Shown here: piece by piece, positions 27,713 through 37,308 of the stretch | Position numbering within the stretch: position 1 is the first letter of the stretch | Layout of the letters: each line of letters opens with the position of its first letter | Origin: a virus | Virus record (IMG/VR): IMGVR_UViG_3300027797_000001 | Span: 32,001 to 96,000 of that record | Length of the DNA stretch: 64,000 nucleotides | Strand: one strand, 5' to 3' | Notes under the pieces: generated by a model | What the model was told of the DNA's origin: nothing | The model's input: the letters and a program-made list of their open reading frames with translations, nothing else | Database searches by the model: none | Position numbers and translations under genes: made by a program

Positions 27713-30700
27713 ATGACAAAAAAGAAAGTAAGAATATACAAGGCTCCAGATGGTAAAGGTCAGTATATAAATAAAACTGCAAAGTTCTTAAAGAAAGCTG
27801 CATTTGGTGGTCAATCAGATACTCCGCAAGAGGATATGTATTCTCAATTGGCACAAGCTTCATATATGTCTATTAAAAAGGGACAAAGTCCAAAGGCAGT
27901 ATATGACTTTTTAATTAATAATAAAATTAGTAAAGATGTTGCTGAGAAAATTGTGACAAGTGTTATACAGTTCATGATGTCAAAAGGTGAATTAGAACAA
28001 GAAGACCTTGACGAAGATCAGCAAAAAGAGCAACAGATGCAAGCTCAAATGCAACAACAGCAACAAGAAAAAGAACAAATGGCTTCTGAACAAGATGCTG
28101 CTAATGAAGCACAGATGGACATGTACAACAAACAAAGTATGGATGTTGCTAATGACATGTCTCAGTATGATCAAGAAGCAGAAGCTAACTTAGATACAGA
28201 AGATATATTAGGTTTTCAGGCTGGTGGTCAAATGACTACAGATGATTTATTGTCAGAACTTAATAAGCATGATAATGATATTAATTTCCAAGATTTAGAA
28301 TCATTAATTCAGTCTACTCCTGGAACACAAAGTGCATCATTCCCAGGGATTGAAGAATACTACTTACCTTATATTCCACTTTATAGTGAAAGCAATGAGA
28401 TTCCAATTTATAATCCAATACAAAGTGATAATCAATATAAGTTTGGGGGAAAAACAAAAAAGAAATTTATAGGATCAGTACTAGAACTTTTAAAGAAAGA
28501 AGAGGGTGGCGAGGATGAAGTAATTAATAATACTACAGCTACTCCTAAAGATGATCTTACAAATACTGTTAAGAGAAAACAAGATTCATTTGTATCAGCA
28601 TTAAGTGACGAAGCTAAAAAAATAAAAATAGAAGAGTATTATAATCAAATTAAAAATACAAATGATCCAGATACTCAAGAAATTTTAGGTGGAGGCCCTG
28701 ATCAAATGAAAAGGGGTGGCAGAACTAAAAGAAAAGATAATAGACTGCTTAGAAAATTAAATAGAATACTAGGACAAAATGATATGTATGGTATGCAAGG
28801 GTATATGCCATATAATTATTTTAATAAGCGTAGTGGAGATTTTGCAAATCAAAGATTTGATACTTTAGACTATCCATCAATTGCAGAATACTATAAAGCA
28901 TTGTTAGAGAAAATGCCAGTGTTAAATCAAATGTCAAGAGTATTGCCTCAAGTAGATGTTTATGACACAGGTTTATTTGGTAGACCAAAGAAGTATAAGA
29001 TTTCATATAACATTCAACCAGTAGATAAATCTGCAGAAAGACAAGCTATGGAAGCTGTTATTAAGAACAATACTGGATCATCTTTCCCAATGTTATATCC
29101 AAATCCTGGTTATGATGGTTCTCCTGCTCCAGCTGGTACAATGTTAGATGTAGTTAATGACCGCTCTATAGCTCCTATACAATATGATGCATCTGTAAAA
29201 CCTATGGTTCCTACAGGTCCAATGGCTTTTCAGTTTGGAGGTTCAGCTATTTTTGATCCTTCTGCAAGTACATTAGCAAAATATATCTATGGTGGCAATG
29301 ATTTTCCAGAAGATTCTAAGAATGTAAATGATCCATACTTTTCAGATACTACACCATATCCACAAATGCAAAATGGCGGAGATCCCACTGAATATACACA
29401 TTATACTCATGGAGCTAATGATGTATTTCATGATAACATGAATATGATAAATCAAGCTAAGGATGGTTTAGAAACTGGTGGTGATGAATATGCTCTTGAT
29501 TATATAAGACAACTTGCTGGTCAAATGAAGCAGTATAATAAAGCTTCTAGAAAATTAGGAAGGCAGGCAAGAAGAATGACTGGAAATACCATGTTAGATT
29601 ATTTAATTCCTATCAATAGACCTTTTGAGTATGCAGGAAGTTATGGTCAACAAAGGGGAATGCCATTTGATTATGAGACCGGTGAAGAATACACCGGTGA
29701 AATAGACCCATCTAATTTTGTAGCAAGGGATAATTATAAAATAGGAATGTTTGGTAAACCTAAAAAATTTATAGATTATTATTCAGTAGGTAATGAAGGA
29801 CTTAATGTTCCAGATGATTTTTCAGAAATTGAACCATATACAAAGTCAAAACAAAAAGCTCCTGCTCAACAAGATGTTTATAATGAACAAGAAGAGGAAG
29901 ACATTTCTTTTCGTCAAGCAAGAAGGAATGATGGCGTAAGTAATATTAGAGGTGCTTTTGCAAGAATGTTTCCTGAAAGTTCAGGTAGAGAAGATAGAGA
30001 AAGAATGTTTCCTATGCTCAGAGCTCAAGACTCAGATAGAAGTGAAGACAGAAGATTGTTTCCAATGATGAGGGCGGATAAAAAACAAGAAGGTGGAGAA
30101 CCAAACCAGGATGATTATTATAATGATTTATTTTCTAAATTAAACTATAGTAATACCTATAGCAATTATTACAATGAATTAGAATTTAGAAAAGGTGGAA
30201 GAGTATTAAGAAAAGCATTTGCGGGTTTAGAAAATACACCTGTTTCATATAATGACAATCCAGTTACTTCACAAAATATTATTAGTCAAAATACTCCAGA
30301 TCCTATGGAGCAAATGACAGCATTTCAAGGACCTATTATAGAAGATAGTGACTTTAATTTTCCAACTGATCTTCCTGGACCAGTTTCTACAACTAAACCT
30401 TATGTTGAACCTGCAGAAGATGATTGGTCAGGTCCTCAAATGAGTAATCCAGACATAGATTATCCTGCTGGTCCTGAGAAACTTAAAAATAAATTAGTAG
30501 GTGTTAAGAGAAAAAGAAAAGATATGTTTAATATAGATCCAGAAGCAGGTGTTAATGCATTTAATGCTGGAGCTAGAGGAGTTCTTGGTGGTATTGATAG
30601 AATGAGGAATAAGAAACAAGAAGCAAACATGTATGCTAAAAACTTTGACCCTACTAAAATTTATGGACAAAAATCAAGAATAGATAAAGGTGACTATGAT

Positions 30701-31069
30701 GTAAATAAAGGATTGTATAGAGTAAATCAAATGGGTGCTGATAGATTAGGCCGCTCTAAAAAGTATGGAGGTTATATGCAACCAGGAGGATCAGTAGATC
30801 AACAAATGTATTACCCTGAAGACAATATGGTTTATCCTCCAGGAGATAGTCAGTATCCAATGATTCCTTTGAATCAAGATATTATGGATATGATGTATAA
30901 CCAATACTATTCTGATCCTAACTTTGCACCTTATATGGAAGACCCATATATGGAAGAAACTCCAGAGCAAATGGACTACAGAATGGTAAAAGAAGGTGGA
31001 GAAACCTATATGTCAGATGAACAAATAAATGCCTTCTTAGCTGAAGGAGGAGAAATTGAATATTTATAA
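27713..31069 (+). CDS. low-complexity cargo/internal virion protein with many xxGG motifs
   Basis: 1118 aa, acidic and Gln/Met-rich, ~15 xxGG motifs, N-terminal KVRIYKAP, C-terminal GGEIEYL. Confidence 0.65.
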   Translation: MTKKKVRIYKAPDGKGQYINKTAKFLKKAAFGGQSDTPQEDMYSQLAQASYMSIKKGQSPKAVYDFLINNKISKDVAEKIVTSVIQFMMSKGELEQEDLDEDQQKEQQMQAQMQQQQQEKEQMASEQDAANEAQMDMYNKQSMDVANDMSQYDQEAEANLDTEDILGFQAGGQMTTDDLLSELNKHDNDINFQDLESLIQSTPGTQSASFPGIEEYYLPYIPLYSESNEIPIYNPIQSDNQYKFGGKTKKKFIGSVLELLKKEEGGEDEVINNTTATPKDDLTNTVKRKQDSFVSALSDEAKKIKIEEYYNQIKNTNDPDTQEILGGGPDQMKRGGRTKRKDNRLLRKLNRILGQNDMYGMQGYMPYNYFNKRSGDFANQRFDTLDYPSIAEYYKALLEKMPVLNQMSRVLPQVDVYDTGLFGRPKKYKISYNIQPVDKSAERQAMEAVIKNNTGSSFPMLYPNPGYDGSPAPAGTMLDVVNDRSIAPIQYDASVKPMVPTGPMAFQFGGSAIFDPSASTLAKYIYGGNDFPEDSKNVNDPYFSDTTPYPQMQNGGDPTEYTHYTHGANDVFHDNMNMINQAKDGLETGGDEYALDYIRQLAGQMKQYNKASRKLGRQARRMTGNTMLDYLIPINRPFEYAGSYGQQRGMPFDYETGEEYTGEIDPSNFVARDNYKIGMFGKPKKFIDYYSVGNEGLNVPDDFSEIEPYTKSKQKAPAQQDVYNEQEEEDISFRQARRNDGVSNIRGAFARMFPESSGREDRERMFPMLRAQDSDRSEDRRLFPMMRADKKQEGGEPNQDDYYNDLFSKLNYSNTYSNYYNELEFRKGGRVLRKAFAGLENTPVSYNDNPVTSQNIISQNTPDPMEQMTAFQGPIIEDSDFNFPTDLPGPVSTTKPYVEPAEDDWSGPQMSNPDIDYPAGPEKLKNKLVGVKRKRKDMFNIDPEAGVNAFNAGARGVLGGIDRMRNKKQEANMYAKNFDPTKIYGQKSRIDKGDYDVNKGLYRVNQMGADRLGRSKKYGGYMQPGGSVDQQMYYPEDNMVYPPGDSQYPMIPLNQDIMDMMYNQYYSDPNFAPYMEDPYMEETPEQMDYRMVKEGGETYMSDEQINAFLAEGGEIEYL

Positions 31070-31078
31070 TTTTGTATT

Positions 31079-34006
31079 ATGTATCATAGAGTAAGAATTA
31101 AAAAATTGCCACAGGCAAGAACAGGTTACCAAGTACAAGGTTCACTAGCTAATGATGTACCAGCTTTTGGTGGAGCAGATTATAATGCATATATAGGAAA
31201 ACCAAATCTTAGACAAAGTAAATATATTACAGCTGTACCAAGAGATGAAGCTAACTTAGAAGCAGAAGGTGGAGAAACTGTATATGGTGACATCAATGGA
31301 GATGGTTTTCCAGAACACAAAGTTATAAAAGGACCAAGACACTCAGCAGGTGGTGTACCATTATCATTACCAGATGATACATTTATTTTTAGTGATACTA
31401 AATCAATGAAGATAAATGATCCTAATGTTTTACAAATGTTTGGTAAAGCACCTAAGAAAGGAAAAGGTCAACATGGCTTTACTCCAGCAGATCTTGCTAA
31501 GCAATATGATATAGATAAGTATAGAAAAATATTACAAGATCCTGACTCAGATCATATTGCTAGAAAAACTGCTGAACTAATGATCCGTAACTATAATATG
31601 AAGTTAGGAGCTTTAGCATTAGCACAAGAAGCTAAAAAAGGATTTCCTCAAGGTATACCAGTAGTAGCTAAACCTTACATGGAAGCTATGGGTCTTACAG
31701 AAGATAAACTTCTACCAGCTGAATATAGAACATTGTCAGCTCCACAAGAAGAAGAAGAAATGCCAGAAGATCAAATGCAAGATCCTTCACAACAATATGC
31801 TTCTGATGATTATGATGTAGAGAATACACCATATGATACAGAAGAAGAAATGGGAATGCAACCTGGTATGGGATTAGATCAAGCAGCCATGGAAGGGCAA
31901 ATGCAAATGCCACCTATGGCTATGTATGGTATGGAGATGGGAGGTTATGATATGCCTTTTGCTGCATATGGTATGCCTATGGGAGCTAATTCTAGTAACT
32001 ATATGGGAAGAACTAAAAGAATCCAAGGTAGTGGTCCATTTCCAAACCGTCAAATGGCTAGAGAAGGAATTATTGCGGGTGGTGTATTAGGTATGCCATT
32101 GGTAATGCAAGATGGTGGATATTTACCTAAAGCTCAAACAGGACCAACAACACCTAAATATAAAACATATAATGAGGCTGATCTTCCTGCAGGAACTGCA
32201 GTTAAAGATCCTAAAGATATGAGTCTTAAGGTTGGTGATTATGTAAGACAAGCAGATGGTACAGTAACTAAAGTTACTAGTGCGGCTTTAAAAACAAAAG
32301 TTGATACACAAACTCGACCTGGTACAAGAGCAGACTTTATGAATGCATCTGCTGATAACAAAGCTATACTAGAAGCAGGAGATAAAATTATTGATAAAGC
32401 AATAGCCAGTGGACAAGCTGTAAGAGGTTATAAAAAACCAGATGGTACTTGGGTAAATGACAAAACAAAATCTGGTGTAAGATTATTAGGAGATTTAAAT
32501 TTACCATTTGAAGATAGAATTATACTAAGTAGAGCACTTAATTCTTCTCAAGAATTTGGTACTAATAAATATAAGGTTGAATCTCAAGCAATGACCAAAG
32601 GTTATTCTAGAAAAGTTGATGGTAAATTTAAAGGTTCAGGATCTTTTGTTTCTGGATTTACACCTGAAGATTATGAGAAGAGATATCTTTTTGAAAAAGC
32701 TAGAGGATTTGGTTTAAATGATCAAGAAGCATTTGATCAAATAAATAAAATATATGCGGATCCAGCAAAAACTTCTGAGATTAGAAAAGAATATTTAAAT
32801 TATTTAGGAAAAGGAAATTTAGCTACTGGTAAATCAGATGCTGATTTATTAAATCCTAATTTTTATAAAGCTAATTATGCTGAAGTAACTTCTGGAATTG
32901 AATCAGTATTAGGTGCAGCAGCAAATAGACCTACAATAGGTGATGAGCAATTATCTGGTTTTGAGCACTTTGATGCTGCTGGTTTAAGTCCAGAGTTTAA
33001 TTATGAACCACCTGAGAATCCATGTCCATGTAAAGATGATAGTGGTCAAACAGTAGTTAGAGATGCTGATGGAAATTGCCCATGTCCAGATAAACCAAAA
33101 GATTGTCCTTGTGGTAAAGATCCTATAACTGGACAATGTAAACCATGTGACGAAATACCACCGGGAAAAAAACCTCCTGTTACTCCACCAGCTAAATGGT
33201 GGTTGCAAGATACAATTAAAACTACTGGTGCATTTGGGGATTTAATGGGTATTAAAAAATATATGCCATGGTCACCTAAAGTAGATCTTGAAGAACCAAG
33301 ACCTACATTCTTAGATCCTACAAGAGAACTTGCTCAACAGTCTGAACAAGCAAATCTTGCCATCATGAATTTAGCTGCATTTGCTGGACCACAAGCTTTA
33401 TCTAGTAGAGCATCAAGCATACAAGGAACTGGGGCTAAATCAGCCGCAGATACTTTATCTAGAATAAATAATGCTAATGTTGGTATAGCAGATAATTTTG
33501 AGATGAAACAAGTAGATATTAGAAATCAAGAAGCACTTGCTAATCAAGCTGGACAGCAAAAACTTTATGATGCAAATACTATAGCTAATCAACAGTTTGA
33601 TAATTCAAGAATGGCATTAAGAAATCAAATGAGAAATCATTATACAAATGCTATTACTAATAAAGCTAAAACAGCTACATTAAATCAGTTGTATCCACAG
33701 TACGCAGTCTTGCCAGAGACTGGTGGTATGCCAGGATTTAAAGGCGGTAAGCCAATTAAACCTGAAGTTACAAAAACTGCTCAAGAATACTTTGATGAGA
33801 TAAAACTACAGTATCCTGATATGGATGACAAAACCGCATATCAAATGGCTAAAGATAGAGCAGGTACTCAAACAACCGATGATAATGCTATGGATGTTGT
33901 TAATGCACAATACAATGTTCCATCTGGAACAGATATGAGATATGGAGGATTTGCTAATGGAGGCTTTGTTTATGGAGACTCAATCTATCCTTTCTTTTTT
34001 ACTTAA
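31079..34006 (+). CDS. crAss-like cargo protein (E-x-E-GGE...G..H..GG...IFSD family)
   Basis: 975 aa. ANLEAEGGETV...KGPRHSAGGVP...TFIFSD resembles the conserved protein found after the muzzle gene in crAss-like phages. Has a Gln/Asn-rich helical C-terminal region and a CPC cluster. Confidence 0.65.
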   Translation: MYHRVRIKKLPQARTGYQVQGSLANDVPAFGGADYNAYIGKPNLRQSKYITAVPRDEANLEAEGGETVYGDINGDGFPEHKVIKGPRHSAGGVPLSLPDDTFIFSDTKSMKINDPNVLQMFGKAPKKGKGQHGFTPADLAKQYDIDKYRKILQDPDSDHIARKTAELMIRNYNMKLGALALAQEAKKGFPQGIPVVAKPYMEAMGLTEDKLLPAEYRTLSAPQEEEEMPEDQMQDPSQQYASDDYDVENTPYDTEEEMGMQPGMGLDQAAMEGQMQMPPMAMYGMEMGGYDMPFAAYGMPMGANSSNYMGRTKRIQGSGPFPNRQMAREGIIAGGVLGMPLVMQDGGYLPKAQTGPTTPKYKTYNEADLPAGTAVKDPKDMSLKVGDYVRQADGTVTKVTSAALKTKVDTQTRPGTRADFMNASADNKAILEAGDKIIDKAIASGQAVRGYKKPDGTWVNDKTKSGVRLLGDLNLPFEDRIILSRALNSSQEFGTNKYKVESQAMTKGYSRKVDGKFKGSGSFVSGFTPEDYEKRYLFEKARGFGLNDQEAFDQINKIYADPAKTSEIRKEYLNYLGKGNLATGKSDADLLNPNFYKANYAEVTSGIESVLGAAANRPTIGDEQLSGFEHFDAAGLSPEFNYEPPENPCPCKDDSGQTVVRDADGNCPCPDKPKDCPCGKDPITGQCKPCDEIPPGKKPPVTPPAKWWLQDTIKTTGAFGDLMGIKKYMPWSPKVDLEEPRPTFLDPTRELAQQSEQANLAIMNLAAFAGPQALSSRASSIQGTGAKSAADTLSRINNANVGIADNFEMKQVDIRNQEALANQAGQQKLYDANTIANQQFDNSRMALRNQMRNHYTNAITNKAKTATLNQLYPQYAVLPETGGMPGFKGGKPIKPEVTKTAQEYFDEIKLQYPDMDDKTAYQMAKDRAGTQTTDDNAMDVVNAQYNVPSGTDMRYGGFANGGFVYGDSIYPFFFT

Positions 34007-34050
34007 ACTTTTAAGATTTATTAAACTTAATAAATTTTAATATATTTATA
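34004..34050 (+). promoter_or_regulatory. palindromic box TAAAC-N7-ATTTA plus TAATATATT promoter element
   Basis: Box at 34004-34020 and TATATT at 34041-34046; ATG at 34066. Confidence 0.55.
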
Positions 34051-34065
34051 TTATAATAATAAAAT

Positions 34066-37000
34066 ATGGCAACGTATATACAAGGGGTTACAGATTATAT
34101 ACCAGATTACCAGCCTTTTCAGCCTGACTTAAATTTCTATGCAAGTGCTTTGCAGACAAAACAAAATCAGTATGATAGTAATTATAAGGCTTTAAATAAT
34201 TTATATGGTCAATATTTTTATGCTGATTTAACAAGACCTGATAATATTAAAAAGAAAGATCAATTACTTAAGAATATTGACTTTAATTTAAACAGGGTAG
34301 CTGGTTTAGATTTATCATTAGAACAAAATGTTCAACAAGCTACTCAGATCTTTACACCATTTTATGAAGACCAATTCTTGATGAAAGATATGGCCTATAC
34401 TAAAAACTTTAGCAGTTCTTATAATGGTGCATTAGCATTACAGAAAAGTAAAGACAAAGAAACATATTCTAAATACTGGAATGAGGGAGTTAAGTATATG
34501 TTATATGAAAGAGAAAAGTTTAAAAAATCAACTGATGAAGAATCATTAGGATTTGCTAATGCAGAGTATGTGCCTTATAAAAATGCAGTTGAAACTTACA
34601 TGAAACTTGCAAAAGATATGGGTATATCAGCTGATATAACTCAATCCAATGGTAGATACTTTGTTCGTCAAAAAAATGGAGATTTAATTCTTCAAGATTT
34701 AAGTAGAATTTTTACATCTGCTTTTGCTAATGACCCTCAACTTCAAAAAATAGCTCAAGTTCAAGCTGTAGTAAATAGAGAAGATAAGATTAGAGAACTT
34801 GCTGGTAAATATAATGGAGATATTGCTGCTGCAGAAAGAGAATATTTACAAACTCAAAACGCAACTATCCAAGAATATATTGCATTAAAAAATTCTAAGA
34901 ATAAAGAGAATTTAAAAACTGTAGAAAATAAAACTGAATCTGTAAATAAAAAACTTGAATTTGGTGAAGGAAATCAATTTACAGAATCTTATGTAAAGTC
35001 TCTTGAGAAAGCATATGGTATTGCACAAGATAATGTTAATTATAGTGATGCTTTAAGTAATGAAATTTCTGATGACAAAAACAGAACATTAACTACTGCT
35101 GGAGGAACATCTAATCCTGATGATATTGAACAATTAAGATATAAAGTAGATGCGGGTACTGCATCAATGTTTGCAGAACAAGATATTGCTGAAGCAGCAT
35201 ATCAACGTTCTAGAGTAGATATGGTAGTTGATATATCAGCAGATCCATATGGTGTGTCCGCACAAAATCATGCATTTGCATTATCTAGACAGAGAGAAGC
35301 ACAAGCCCATAAAGAGTTCATGCTTGAACAAAAAGATATAAAAGATAAAGAAAATCTTGTTCTTAATGCTGGATTAGTTAATGGTACTTATATTGGTACA
35401 CAACAGGTAATGGGTGCAGATGGTAAAATGCATACTGAAGGAATTCCAAATCCAGCACTATTCAATAGAAGAACATTATTAGATACTGACTCTGGTGCAG
35501 CTACAGATGGAGAAAATAAACTTGTTGCAAATAGAGATAAATTAAAAGAAGTTACATCTGAATATGCAGATCCAATGATTAAAAACATTGTTAATACTCT
35601 TAACATGTTTGTTAAAGCTGGATATTTAAATAAGGGTGATATTGCTCCAATGTTTTTTAATGGTAAAATGGACGCAAATCAGTTCCTTAAAAATTATCAA
35701 GATAAGTCATACGGATATTTAAGTGGAAAAGGTGCTGATTATTTAGAAACACTTTATAATAAAGTTACTACATTTGCTATGGCACACAGAGGTGATGCTG
35801 GAGTAGCTGATTCATATTTAAGTAGTTCTTCTCATGAGAAGTTTGATGACTATGTAACATATCTTAGAGCAAATAAAAAACTTAAAGCTGATAATGCAGA
35901 AGTTATAAATAAGAATTTATATTCTTCTGTTGCTTTAAGCAGCTTAGGTTTAGATGATAAAATGAAAGAAAAACTAATAAGTAGTTTTTATGATAAAAAC
36001 AGTTTAATGATTTTATCAAAAGATGATTTTATCAATAGTAATAAAAATATGAAAGTTAATTCTGCTTTGCATTATCCTCTTTCCGTAACTAGTCCTGAAC
36101 AAACTGATAAAAGTTTTTCAATGACTCAGAAAGAATATAATACTTGGAAGCAAAATGTTTTAAAACTTGACAAAGAGTTATTCTCTATAGATCCAGCTGG
36201 AAAATTTTCAAATAAACTTATTGGTAATGTTGCAAGTATTGGTGATCCAAATCTTAGAAAAAAATATAACAGAGTACAACAAATCAAAAGTGATCTACAA
36301 AGAATGGGTGCTTGGAATGGTGAGAGAAAAATTGTTATTACTGATCATAAAGATGTAAACGGTAATGTAAAACCAATAGGTGTAAAACATAATGGATCTT
36401 CAATTTGGGATAATGTTAGTAGAGACAAAGAAGAAGTACTATCTGGAATATATGATGAGTTTGCAAGAAATTTTGTAAACACATCAAAAAGTAGAGAAAT
36501 TAAAAGTGTCTATGACTCTCCACATTTTAAAGGTACTGGTTTAGCAAGTACAGGAATTAATGGTTTAGATGTTTCAATGGCTGCACCTACTAGTCCTGGA
36601 TTTAAAGCTTATATAGATTTTATGGAAAAGGATATGACTAGAATAAATCTATATGATGGAAAAAATAAAGTAAGTTTCTTTGGTGCTAATAAAACTGGTG
36701 TAAATGATACTGAAGATTTATTGGATAATAATGATGCTGCTAAAGTAACTGAATTAATTCTAGAGCACTACTATAAAAATATTGGTAAAAAAGATATTAA
36801 ACCATTCTTCTTTGGTTCAAGACAAATTGCTCTTGAAGATAAAAATACCGGAGCAATGGTTATTAAACCAGACAATCAAGTATTAAAAGAACTTATAGAA
36901 TCAGATACTCAAGGTTTAATTACTAAAGAAGTACAACAAGCCATATTAAAAAATGGCATCTCTATTATATCTAATAAAAATAATTTCAGTAATGATATCT

Positions 37001-37308
37001 TTAAAGGTAATGAAACAACACCTTTAGAAAGTATGGTAAATGCATTAGAGGAAATTACTTATGTTAATCCTATGGGTGGTGGTGAAGTAACTGTTGCAAA
37101 AAATACAACTGGTACATCTGATTATAATATTTATGGAATACAATATTATATGGACAAAAATGGTCAGAAAAAATCAGAAAAATTTACACTACCTGTATTG
37201 ATGTATCAAAATAATATTGATCAACTTTTTTATCAGGCTAAGCAAATGCTTAGAGAGAATGCGGAAGATTATGCTGCAGAATATAGAAGATTCCATCAAA
37301 ATAAATAA
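34066..37308 (+). CDS. cargo/ejection protein
   Basis: 1080 aa, no Cys seen. N-terminal YIPDYQPFQPDLNF...KQNQYD resembles crAss-like proteins preceding the giant-gene block. Confidence 0.65.
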   Translation: MATYIQGVTDYIPDYQPFQPDLNFYASALQTKQNQYDSNYKALNNLYGQYFYADLTRPDNIKKKDQLLKNIDFNLNRVAGLDLSLEQNVQQATQIFTPFYEDQFLMKDMAYTKNFSSSYNGALALQKSKDKETYSKYWNEGVKYMLYEREKFKKSTDEESLGFANAEYVPYKNAVETYMKLAKDMGISADITQSNGRYFVRQKNGDLILQDLSRIFTSAFANDPQLQKIAQVQAVVNREDKIRELAGKYNGDIAAAEREYLQTQNATIQEYIALKNSKNKENLKTVENKTESVNKKLEFGEGNQFTESYVKSLEKAYGIAQDNVNYSDALSNEISDDKNRTLTTAGGTSNPDDIEQLRYKVDAGTASMFAEQDIAEAAYQRSRVDMVVDISADPYGVSAQNHAFALSRQREAQAHKEFMLEQKDIKDKENLVLNAGLVNGTYIGTQQVMGADGKMHTEGIPNPALFNRRTLLDTDSGAATDGENKLVANRDKLKEVTSEYADPMIKNIVNTLNMFVKAGYLNKGDIAPMFFNGKMDANQFLKNYQDKSYGYLSGKGADYLETLYNKVTTFAMAHRGDAGVADSYLSSSSHEKFDDYVTYLRANKKLKADNAEVINKNLYSSVALSSLGLDDKMKEKLISSFYDKNSLMILSKDDFINSNKNMKVNSALHYPLSVTSPEQTDKSFSMTQKEYNTWKQNVLKLDKELFSIDPAGKFSNKLIGNVASIGDPNLRKKYNRVQQIKSDLQRMGAWNGERKIVITDHKDVNGNVKPIGVKHNGSSIWDNVSRDKEEVLSGIYDEFARNFVNTSKSREIKSVYDSPHFKGTGLASTGINGLDVSMAAPTSPGFKAYIDFMEKDMTRINLYDGKNKVSFFGANKTGVNDTEDLLDNNDAAKVTELILEHYYKNIGKKDIKPFFFGSRQIALEDKNTGAMVIKPDNQVLKELIESDTQGLITKEVQQAILKNGISIISNKNNFSNDIFKGNETTPLESMVNALEEITYVNPMGGGEVTVAKNTTGTSDYNIYGIQYYMDKNGQKKSEKFTLPVLMYQNNIDQLFYQAKQMLRENAEDYAAEYRRFHQNK

